Virus record (IMG/VR): IMGVR_UViG_3300048896_000180
Coordinates: 1 to 37,767 of that record
Source of the DNA: a virus
Taxonomy: Duplodnaviria > Caudoviricetes
Strand: one strand, 5' to 3'
Length of the DNA: 37,767 bases
The translations under genes and the position numbers were made by a program. The notes below the pieces were generated by a model, which was not told where the DNA came from, made no database searches, and saw only the letters and a program-made list of their open reading frames with translations. Shown piece by piece: positions 8,000-15,290 of the stretch (position 1 is the first letter of the stretch; every line of letters begins with the position of its first letter).

Positions 8000-8614
8000 T
8001 GAGGCGTGGCATGGCTATGGCAAAGCAGCGCCGGGCATCGCGAGGGCATTGCTTGGCGTAGCCTGGCTACGGCGATGCTGGGAAGTGAACTGCGAGGGCA
8101 ATGCGCGGCCCCGAGCGGCGGAGCACGGCAGCGCAATGGCAAGGCGACGTTGGACAAAGCGTGACATTGCAAAGCTGCGGCATTGCAGAGCACCGCCTTG
8201 CACGGCAACGGCTATGTGTTGCAGGCCCCTACAGGGCAGAGGCAAGGCGAGCAGCCGCGAAGCAATGGCAGGGCGCGGCACGGCGGGGCGATGGCCTCGC
8301 ACAGCGCAGCCGAGCGACGGCGAGGTAGAGCACGGCCAAGAATGACAATGGCAGGGCGAGGCGTCGCACCGGCAGAGCAAAGCGCAGCAGTGGCAAGGCG
8401 AAGTTTCGCATCGCACCGGCCTAGCTTAGCGTTGCGGGGGCAAAGCGGAGAACCGCCTCGCAGTGCAGCGGCAATGGAGTGCAAGGACTCGCATAGCAAG
8501 GGCAAGGCTGGGCCGGACGCTGAAAGGCAACGGCAACACAGCGCACAGCATGGCCATGGCACTGCGGCGTCTAGCGCGGCTCGGCAGGGGCGTGGGCAAT
8601 CCGGCCCGCGCCCC
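7977..8614 (+). ncRNA. Putative non-coding RNA precursor from the array, with a 3' hairpin
   Basis: A 5-nt period is not codon-compatible; the array is contiguous with the RAMP gene and ends in the 11-bp stem GGGGCGTGGGC-AATCCG-GCCCGCGCCCC (8587-8614). Expression is inferred, not shown. Confidence 0.55.
7993..8588 (+). repeat. Pentamer-periodic N-GC-NN array, 21 GGC-initiated units (putative guide-RNA array)
   Basis: Manual parse gives 115 steps (94 pentamers + 21 hexamers = 596 nt). 93 of 115 have GC at positions 2-3; all 21 units start GGC; unit lengths are 21, 26, 31 or 41 nt. Confidence 0.9.
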
Positions 8615-8668
8615 CAGCACAAAACTTGGGGTGACTTTTGTGACAGCTTTATGCTAATCCAGAAGCGC

Positions 8669-9037
8669 ATGAACCAAAAAGTTGTCGCACCCCTCAAAAA
8701 GAAGCTGCGCGCGCGGCTCGAAACGATCAGCGGCAAGCCCAAGGGCTTCTTCGATGAGTTCAAGCCCGCCGAGCTGGACGTCCTGGCTATCCTGCTCACC
8801 GGGACAACGAAGGATTCTCATTACTCCCAGCCATGGGAATGGATGCACCCCAAGCAGAAGTGGACGGTGGAGACGCTTAACGAAGTGCCCGTCAGGGTGT
8901 GGCTCAGCTACCGATGGGTCGGCAGAACCATCCTGCCCAAGCTCAAGGCCCGGGGATGGCTGATAACGGAAGCGCCCAAGAAGAAGAAGGACCCTGCCTT
9001 TGAATGGCCGGACAGTAAGAAGAAAAAGCAGGCCTAA
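8669..9037 (+). CDS. Basic hypothetical protein with possible HhH/alpha-CTD-like segment
   Basis: Likely start ATG 8669 (or 8651); WTVETLNEVPVRVWLSYRWVGRTILPKL loosely resembles the HhH of RNAP alpha-CTD. Confidence 0.65.
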   Translation: MNQKVVAPLKKKLRARLETISGKPKGFFDEFKPAELDVLAILLTGTTKDSHYSQPWEWMHPKQKWTVETLNEVPVRVWLSYRWVGRTILPKLKARGWLITEAPKKKKDPAFEWPDSKKKKQA

Positions 9038-9320
9038 CCCGAATCCCCCCGACCCCCTTAGTGAAAGGGGCAATCGAGGGGCATCTCCTGGAGCATATAG
9101 TTTAAGCTGGCTGCTCCACTCGTGGGCCCTTTCGGGTTGTCCACGATCCCTGGCCAGCAGTCGGGCCCTTTTGTCTTCGCCTCACGGTGGGCAAGAATCA
9201 ACCGTGGCCGCGCCCCTGCAAATCGGCGGCACCCTGCCAGCGCTGCCCTCTCTCAGTGCTCACGTCCGTCTTCTGCCTTGCTGCCTTTGAGGCACCGGGC
9301 CGGGAGTTTTGAGCGGGACT

Positions 9321-9611
9321 TCAGTGCTTGACGTAAATCGTTGCGTTAACGGGAACGCGCGCTTTAAGCCCGCGCCCAGGCCCATGCGGGTTGCTGGGTT
9401 TCCCGCAGGCGTCGCAAATGATGCCCCCAATTGGGCCCTCGTAGCGGCGCAGCTTTGAAAAACAGACTTCGCACTCCACGTCAGCGAGGACGCCCCACTT
9501 GCTGCCCTCCTGCTTGCGTGTGGCCGATTCCACCCGCAGACGAAGCATCGTTTCAGCGGAAGGCATGTAAAAGACGTGCTTGACGGGACGGATCACGTCG
9601 GGATTGCTCAT
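9321..9611 (-). CDS. Zinc-ribbon protein
   Basis: CEVC...CDAC pair. Confidence 0.65.
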   Translation of the reverse strand: MSNPDVIRPVKHVFYMPSAETMLRLRVESATRKQEGSKWGVLADVECEVCFSKLRRYEGPIGGIICDACGKPSNPHGPGRGLKARVPVNATIYVKH

Positions 9612-9858
9612 CGACGTAAGGGGAAAGTGGAGCGCCTTGTGACTCCCAGTGATGGGGGTGCGGGCGATTGCTCGTTCCGCAGGCGCATGAAGGTATCACC
9701 GATTGTCACGCTTCAACCCGTAAACCTCATCCTTGCATCCCGCAAGCAAAACTTGGCAAACCGTGCTCGGAACACGCAAAATCAGGCGATCTCTGAGAGA
9801 GTGGTCAGGTGTCAGGATCACCTTGCGCCCCGCCACCGTCTTTGGCAGTGTGACGGCA

Positions 9859-10341
9859 ATGAGACATTCAGCATTGAAACACCCGCTGGCCATCTTGAGA
9901 GCGTGCTTGGGGCTTACCCAAGGGGACATGGCGGCGCTCGTCGGCTGCTCAAAAGGCAGTGTTCAATCGCTCGAGCTGGGCAACCCAAAACGCATGGTGA
10001 TGAGCGCCAAGCTGGCGGTGAAGATCTCGAGCGTGACTGGGGTCAGCATTGAGTGGCTGCTCGTCGGCGACCCGTTGCGCCAGATGGTCGACTTGAATAA
10101 TAAGCCTTACACCCTTGGGACTTATGCGGCGTGGTGTCAAACCAAGCGCCACGCTGGCGGGCGCGGCCCAGCCGTGCGTATTGAAGCAGCAGTGGAGAAG
10201 TTTTCCTGGCAGATCGAGCGCCTGCTCAAGCTGGCTGAAAAGAAAGGGCAGCTGACGATCGCGTTGCTCAGGCTCAACCGGGCAATTGCTGGGCTGATGT
10301 CCAGATACGCCGTCCCCATCCCGCAAAAGAAGGAGAAATGA
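9859..10341 (+). CDS. XRE/Cro-CI family HTH transcriptional regulator
   Basis: HPLAILRACLGLTQGDMAALVGCSKGSVQSLELG...ISSVTGVSIEWLL; likely start ATG 9859. Confidence 0.88.
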   Translation: MRHSALKHPLAILRACLGLTQGDMAALVGCSKGSVQSLELGNPKRMVMSAKLAVKISSVTGVSIEWLLVGDPLRQMVDLNNKPYTLGTYAAWCQTKRHAGGRGPAVRIEAAVEKFSWQIERLLKLAEKKGQLTIALLRLNRAIAGLMSRYAVPIPQKKEK

Positions 10342-10372
10342 AAAACCCCGGACATGCCAGAGGCAGCCGGGG
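10341..10372 (-). terminator. Probable rho-independent terminator
   Basis: Minus strand CCCCGG-CTGCCTCTGGCATGT-CCGGGG-TTTTT, downstream of 10429-10698. Confidence 0.5.
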
Positions 10373-10428
10373 CGCGCATGAAACACACTAACGAATCAGG
10401 ACTTGTAGCACGCATACCCTAGCACGCG

Positions 10429-10698
10429 TCAAGCAGATCGTGAAGTTGGCCCGCCATGCTGCTCGTGATCAGCCAGGCGCAGGACGGCATCAGCAAGGTA
10501 AGCCGCCAGCGCCTTGTTGAGCCTCGGCTCGAGGTGCAAGGCCTGGATAAAGCTGTCAAGCAGGACAAGGAAGCGGGCTGGATCGTCAAAATCGCGGTGG
10601 CTTTGGATAAATTTGATGAGTTGATCGAGCTCCCGAGCCGCTTTTGGCCGGAAAACGCGATGGGCATGTTCGGCGCGCTCTCTATCGTGAGGTGACAT
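10429..10698 (-). CDS. Hypothetical protein (89 aa)
   Basis: ATG ORF with upstream TTGACG (10746-10741) and a downstream terminator. Confidence 0.55.
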   Translation of the reverse strand: MSPHDRERAEHAHRVFRPKAARELDQLIKFIQSHRDFDDPARFLVLLDSFIQALHLEPRLNKALAAYLADAVLRLADHEQHGGPTSRSA

Positions 10699-10765
10699 AA
10701 ATGAAGCTAGTTTCCTTCAGCTACCAAGATTGCTTATAGCCGTCAATAATGTTATTGTTGCTGTC

Positions 10766-11095
10766 ATGCCCAACAAAGCTACATTACCGTCAACGTTGAG
10801 CCGTGCCGCCATGCGTGAAGCGCGCGCTAATCACAAGCTGGTCATGGGTCAGATTGACGGCTTTAAGGAGCTGCGCGACCACTATCGCCTCACGCCCACG
10901 CTCGTGGAGTTTTATCACTTGAGCGCCGCCCTCATGAAATCGTTCGCCCTGAAAGAGGGACGCACCGCCCTGTCCCATCTTTCCACACTCCTGGCTGCCG
11001 CCCTGATCGAGCTGTGGGACCTCCGCGCTAAAAACTCCGAACTCAAGAAATCGCTAAGCACCCATGAAAAAACAAACCGCACCGAAAAAGCCTGA
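10766..11095 (+). CDS. Hypothetical protein
   Basis: Likely ATG 10766, 7 nt after TATTGT; heads an overlapping operon. Confidence 0.6.
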   Translation: MPNKATLPSTLSRAAMREARANHKLVMGQIDGFKELRDHYRLTPTLVEFYHLSAALMKSFALKEGRTALSHLSTLLAAALIELWDLRAKNSELKKSLSTHEKTNRTEKA

Positions 11096-11324
11096 ACAAC
11101 CCCGCATGCCACGCCGGTTGCCCGATGATCACCAGAACGTCACAGCGCTCCTCGATGAGTCCGAGCGGTGCAGCACACACGCAATGCGCTGGCGCTGCGC
11201 CCAAATGCCTAACCATATCGCCGCCCAGAAAGCGGCTGAGATGGGATGGGCTTACGCGCTCGCTGCCGCCTTCCTGCGCTGCCACTTGAATGGGGAGTTG
11301 GTGACAAGTGAACCATCCAAATAA
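11064..11324 (+). CDS. Hypothetical protein (86 aa)
   Basis: Overlapping plus-strand operon member. Confidence 0.55.
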   Translation: MKKQTAPKKPEQPRMPRRLPDDHQNVTALLDESERCSTHAMRWRCAQMPNHIAAQKAAEMGWAYALAAAFLRCHLNGELVTSEPSK

Positions 11325-11646
11325 CCCAGAGCACAGCGAAGCGCACCTGCTCGAGTCGCTTTACGTCCTCGATGCAGACCACAATCCAGCGCGCCCGGCC
11401 AGTCTGATGGCCTGGGCTGAATTCATGGGGCGCACTCCGCACCTTGTTGACCTGGACGAGCTGCCGAAGTGCACGGTCTCAACTGTATTCCTCGGCATTG
11501 ATCACAATTTCTTTGGTGGCCGCCCAACGCTCTTTGAGACAGCTGTCTTCTTTCGTGACGGGCATTTCTCGATTTTCGATCGATACGAGACTTGGGCCAA
11601 AGCTGAGAAAGGGCACATGAGAGCGGTCAAGCAACTGAGCAAATGA
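11308..11646 (+). CDS. Conserved phage hypothetical protein
   Basis: VSTVFLGIDHNF..G.PTLFETAVF...RYETW..A..GH, a widespread phage protein pattern. Confidence 0.8.
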   Translation: MNHPNNPEHSEAHLLESLYVLDADHNPARPASLMAWAEFMGRTPHLVDLDELPKCTVSTVFLGIDHNFFGGRPTLFETAVFFRDGHFSIFDRYETWAKAEKGHMRAVKQLSK

Positions 11647-11906
11647 ATATCAACGATCCGAACAAAGGCGGCGTCCCGCCCGAGGACGCGAAGGACGCCA
11701 ACACCCGTGATCACATGCAAATCATTGGGCAGGCAGTGTCCGAGCTCCTGCCGGACAAGTGGGGTTTCTTCGTTATGGCGTTCCCATTCGACCACGCCAA
11801 GGGCCGGATGAACTACGTCGCCAGCGCTTCGCGTGAGGACGTGATCAAGCTCATGCGGGAATTCATCAAGCGCAACGGGGGGCGGGACCTCGGCGGTCAT
11901 AAGTAA
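11643..11906 (+). CDS. Conserved phage hypothetical protein
   Basis: GFFVMAFPF...NYVASASREDVIKLMREF pattern; ATGA coupling. Confidence 0.75.
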   Translation: MNINDPNKGGVPPEDAKDANTRDHMQIIGQAVSELLPDKWGFFVMAFPFDHAKGRMNYVASASREDVIKLMREFIKRNGGRDLGGHK

Positions 11907-12165
11907 TGATGGTGCGCCGCCAGCCCCCGCGCAGCTCTTCCGGCCGGTAAGGCGGCTGCCCGTCGAACAGGACGCCGATCCGTATTCGGTTCGTAACTGG
12001 GTTGGGCTGTATGCGTGAGAGCACGTTGATAAGGCGATTCCCGCGCAGCGCCTTGATTGAGCCGCCCATCTTGACGCAGGCGTTTGAGTGAAACTGCGCG
12101 CAAATCTTGCAGGCAAAGATCAGATCCTTTTCGCACAGCTCTGAGTTATCTTCCGGGGTGATCAT
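11866..12165 (-). CDS. Dispersed CxxDxxF-family paralog (CEKDLIFACKICAQF)
   Basis: N-terminal motif matches paralog 2 (CERDWVFASRICATF). Confidence 0.55.
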   Translation of the reverse strand: MITPEDNSELCEKDLIFACKICAQFHSNACVKMGGSIKALRGNRLINVLSRIQPNPVTNRIRIGVLFDGQPPYRPEELRGGWRRTIITYDRRGPAPRCA

Positions 12166-12331
12166 AACCGATGCCGATTGGCAAAAAGAATGGGATTACC
12201 TCTACCAGGAGCGCCTCGGCATGATGGTTGGCGACGAAGACCCATCGCCAGACCTTGAGGCGTCCTGTGCGAAGGAGGCGACTGCGATCATCGCTGAGCT
12301 AAAGTGGGTGCATGGCTACGGCTTGCCGTAA
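12158..12331 (+). CDS. Small acidic hypothetical protein (YQERLGMM)
   Basis: Possible GTG start at 12158; protein-like sequence; start uncertain. Confidence 0.35.
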   Translation: MIITDADWQKEWDYLYQERLGMMVGDEDPSPDLEASCAKEATAIIAELKWVHGYGLP

Positions 12332-12805
12332 CTGCTCAGCCGGGGGGTTGAAGGGCGTAAGGATGTTCGCCGGGACAAAGTAGGCAGGCGGGCGGTTGCC
12401 GTAGGGCTTGAGGAACTCTGGCCGCTTTGCCGCCTTGCCGTAGATATGGCCGACAACTTGGTAGTGGGGCAGCTTGCCCCGCACCAGAATAAACCTGTCC
12501 TCGTCGCGATCGTCATCGCGCACAATCAGGTCCCAATGCAGTTCAGAGCGCGTCCGCACTTGGTAGGGCCCGACGTCGCCGCCTTTCTTGAAGGTGTTCA
12601 CTGACCCGCCCCAGTAGCGATTAATGACCTTAGCGGCAGCGATCTCGCCGCCAGCTCCTTCAATGTTCTTCGTGTAACCGTCTTCGCCGTCGTTGCCGTG
12701 CTTCTGTTTGAGCCCGGCCATGATGGAGTCCAACTGCCGCTTTGCCCCGATCCAGCAGGCCATTTCGCATTCCTCGCGAGTAAGTTCAACTGTGATCATA
12801 GCCAT
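12299..12805 (-). CDS. Phage protein with probable PD-(D/E)xK nuclease-like fold
   Basis: EGAGGEIAAAK...GDVGPYQVRTR...LIVRDDD; motif order resembles the restriction-endonuclease fold. Confidence 0.65.
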   Translation of the reverse strand: MAMITVELTREECEMACWIGAKRQLDSIMAGLKQKHGNDGEDGYTKNIEGAGGEIAAAKVINRYWGGSVNTFKKGGDVGPYQVRTRSELHWDLIVRDDDRDEDRFILVRGKLPHYQVVGHIYGKAAKRPEFLKPYGNRPPAYFVPANILTPFNPPAEQLRQAVAMHPL

Positions 12806-12826
12806 GCGCTCTACGGCTTGCCGTAA
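12316..12826. repeat. 16-bp direct repeats CTACGGCTTGCCGTAA (12316-12331, 12811-12826)
   Basis: Identical 16-mers, each containing the inverted repeat TACGGC-TT-GCCGTA. Confidence 0.8.
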
Positions 12827-13695
12827 TTGGCCAGCCCAGGAGGGACCAGTGGGCGGTTTCCGTTCGTGTTCCCGGGAGTGATCGGAGGCCGATTCTCAGC
12901 TGGCTCTGATTCGATCAGCGCAGACAGCAGTTTGTAGCGGGCAGGGTTTTGCTTCTGCAGCTTGGCCAGCAGTTCTTTCCGGCTGGCTGGGGTCGCGTCG
13001 AGCACGGCCTTGACGCTCACGGCTGGATCAGCGGCCTGGGCTGAGAGCATGAGGATCGCCGCCGATGCCGCCATGATCACCATGCGTTTCCGCGCCAGCG
13101 CAAAAGCGGCCAAGGCGATGCCGACAATAGCGCACGCCGCCGCTGGCTCAGGCACGGGCGCAAATCCGGCGTTGGCCCCAAAGAATCCCTTGTTGGCCCC
13201 AGCAACGTCGAGGTCTGGGTATTCAAACCCCGTCCCGCTGGAGAGATAGGCGTCCCCAACTGTAACGCCGCTCGTCACGGTCACCGATGTGGCATTCCCG
13301 CGCGCCAGGTCAAAATCGTTGTCGAGGTAATGCGCGGCGATCAGATAGGTGCTTCCCGCCGTTAGCGTCAGAGGCGTTGGCAGGTTCATATACCAAAACT
13401 CATCGATCTTCGTAGCGCCGGTCGCTGGGATCACGACTGACGCCAGCAGGTTGTGCTGCGGGGAAACGTCCCAGATTCCAACCTCATGCGAACTGAACAG
13501 GCCAAACCCGCCCGAGGACTCCCAGACGCCGAGGGTGCGAATGGTCAGCGGGGCCGCTCCGACAGTGAACGAATATCCGGCCGTTCCTGGCCCAACCGAC
13601 AGATCGTCTCCTCCTGAAAAGCTGGCGACGAGCTGCGCGGCTGGGAACAGGGTTGACGACAATAGGACGCAAACGATGCAAAGAGCAGTTTTCAT
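12811..13695 (-). CDS. Secreted PEP-CTERM-type protein (DUF4082-like beta domain) with C-terminal extension
   Basis: Signal peptide; GYSFTV...LGVW...HEVGIWD domain; VPEP + TM + ARKR sorting signal followed by ~90 more residues. Confidence 0.8.
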   Translation of the reverse strand: MKTALCIVCVLLSSTLFPAAQLVASFSGGDDLSVGPGTAGYSFTVGAAPLTIRTLGVWESSGGFGLFSSHEVGIWDVSPQHNLLASVVIPATGATKIDEFWYMNLPTPLTLTAGSTYLIAAHYLDNDFDLARGNATSVTVTSGVTVGDAYLSSGTGFEYPDLDVAGANKGFFGANAGFAPVPEPAAACAIVGIALAAFALARKRMVIMAASAAILMLSAQAADPAVSVKAVLDATPASRKELLAKLQKQNPARYKLLSALIESEPAENRPPITPGNTNGNRPLVPPGLANYGKP

Positions 13696-14009
13696 GGATT
13701 AACTTGGTTGGTCACGGTGTTAGATGGGTCCGACTCACCAAACGGCTGGACGGTCGCGGTGATGAAAAAACGATAGAGGCCCGGGAGGACGCTCACTGTT
13801 CCGTTGGTTCTTGATGCTGGCCAATACGCCGTCGGCTTGAACGGCGTGAAGATCGTGCCGAGACTTGTCGACTTGTAGACCACTATGACCGCATTTGAGC
13901 CGCCAGCTGGGTAGGTGTAAGGGTCCCAGCCGAGCTTGACGTTTTTGGGCTGCGGCTGGCCTCCCAGCGAGGACAGCGACAGCAGACAGAACAGGAGGGC
14001 AATTTTCAT
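13692..14009 (-). CDS. Secreted fibronectin-III-like protein
   Basis: Signal peptide; VKLGWDP...YRFFITA...ESDPSNTV pattern. Confidence 0.7.
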   Translation of the reverse strand: MKIALLFCLLSLSSLGGQPQPKNVKLGWDPYTYPAGGSNAVIVVYKSTSLGTIFTPFKPTAYWPASRTNGTVSVLPGLYRFFITATVQPFGESDPSNTVTNQVNP

Positions 14010-14242
14010 GGTGTCAGGATTCTGAGTCCGGTTGGGGCTGGCGGCGGCAGGTAAGTGGTCATCAGATAAACGCCGTCGACGGAGGTTTGAATGGAGATCA
14101 CTGAATCACCGTCGCAGAAAATCTGCTGAGTGATCGTGTGCTCGTTGGCGTCCAGGGTGATCACTGGGATCGCTCGCGGGCCAATGGCCAGCAGTTTCAC
14201 GGCTAAGATCGCCAGAGTGAATGTCGCGGCCAGGTATCTCAT
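14006..14242 (-). CDS. Small secreted protein (ends PPAPTGLRI)
   Basis: ATG at 14242 in TAATG overlap; hydrophobic N-terminus. Confidence 0.6.
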   Translation of the reverse strand: MRYLAATFTLAILAVKLLAIGPRAIPVITLDANEHTITQQIFCDGDSVISIQTSVDGVYLMTTYLPPPAPTGLRILTP

Positions 14243-14460
14243 TAGCCGAAGGTGATGAAGGGCTTCCCGACGAGAGTTAACAGGGCGTTGACGAGAAAGA
14301 CGAAAAGGAGAATGGCGACAATGACCCGCAGGATCTTGTTCACAGGTTCGCCGATTCCGATGTAACCGATCAGCCAGTTGGCGAGCCAGAAAATCATTCC
14401 GCCGATGATGACCCAAAGGAACGCCCAAAGGAGGACGTTCGCGCTTATTGCTGCTAGCAT
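14242..14460 (-). CDS. Small two-TM membrane protein (holin-like possibility)
   Basis: Likely ATG 14460; two TM helices linked by IGEPVNKI. Confidence 0.65.
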   Translation of the reverse strand: MLAAISANVLLWAFLWVIIGGMIFWLANWLIGYIGIGEPVNKILRVIVAILLFVFLVNALLTLVGKPFITFG

Positions 14461-14558
14461 AATAGTGATGAGGAAAGGCGCTGGCGGGTAAACGATGAAA
14501 TAAACCCTGCCAGCGCCGGACCGGCCGCAAGCCATTACTTAGAATACGGCCAGAGTGT

Positions 14559-15020
14559 TTACGGCTTGGGAGTCGGGGCGGCAGCGCTCAGGCCCAGGCT
14601 GGCGGCCTTGACGCCGGACACAGCGATCTCAACCAAGTCGGAGATTGGCTCAACGCCCTCGCCCAGGTCGGCGTCGGCGTTGACCGAGACCTCGCTCGCG
14701 CCGGGGTCTTCACCGGACACGATCGTGCAGGACAGTCCGTCGTCGGCGACCGCCAGGGTCACGTTGCCGGAGACGATGGCCCATTCAGGCTTGCCGTCCA
14801 GTTTGGCGGGCTTGCCGCGCGGGGTGATGGGGCTGAGGGTCACGAGGACTTGTTCCTCGGTGCTGATTGATACACTTAACATGCTTTGTGCTTTCGTTTT
14901 GGGTTGTACCTCTACGGAGTAGTCAAACCACCCGCAGTGGCGTTGCGTTTTCTTACCGATCTTGATTCCGGCCTTTATCACACGCGCCAGATCTCGAAGG
15001 GTCAGAGTGATTAGTTTCAT
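14559..15020 (-). CDS. Ig-like beta-sandwich phage protein
   Basis: ATG 15020 in ATGA overlap; beta-rich DGKPEW...VADDGLSC...VNADADLGEGV. Confidence 0.65.
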   Translation of the reverse strand: MKLITLTLRDLARVIKAGIKIGKKTQRHCGWFDYSVEVQPKTKAQSMLSVSISTEEQVLVTLSPITPRGKPAKLDGKPEWAIVSGNVTLAVADDGLSCTIVSGEDPGASEVSVNADADLGEGVEPISDLVEIAVSGVKAASLGLSAAAPTPKP

Positions 15021-15223
15021 GAGTGTCTGATTGGCTTGCCTCTCCTGGCGATCGCGCCGGTTTGATTGGCGCAGGTCGTGCAGCAATGGACTGCCCCGCT
15101 CCTCCACTGCATAAAAGAGAGCAGTCCTTTGCATCGCGGGCAGGTCACTGGGCACAGGTCATAGGCAGCCCGTTCCTCTGCCCTTTGGGCATCCCTTTCG
15201 ATTTTTGCGATAAGGCCATTCAT
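15017..15223 (-). CDS. Small zinc-finger protein
   Basis: CPRC...CTTC. Confidence 0.55.
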   Translation of the reverse strand: MNGLIAKIERDAQRAEERAAYDLCPVTCPRCKGLLSFMQWRSGAVHCCTTCANQTGAIARRGKPIRHS

Positions 15224-15290
15224 CAGAGGCTCTCAAACGGCATTGACTGAACTTGCTCCCTTCTGGCAAGTGTTGCAAATTATTGCTGTG

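Noticed and set aside
7993-8588. Canonical CRISPR array beside a Cas7-like gene
   Set aside because: No identical 25-45-nt direct repeats separated by unique spacers; conservation is interleaved at the 5-nt scale.
7993-8588. Simple degenerate GGCAN microsatellite
   Set aside because: Position-specific conservation, regular hexamer punctuation, sharp boundaries and adjacency to a RAMP gene argue against neutral slippage, though only comparative data can exclude it.
7920-8799. Multiple overlapping ORFs across the array (7920-8345+, 8101-8328+, 5' half of 8183-9037+, 7942-8208-, 8015-8416-, 8212-8799- and others)
   Set aside because: Low-complexity Ala/Arg/Gly/Cys translations appear in nearly every frame because the GC-rich array has few stops. 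The 5-nt period with +1 shifts does not fit a codon structure.
10456-10695. Plus-strand 79-aa ORF
   Set aside because: Antisense to 10429-10698, which has better promoter and terminator support.
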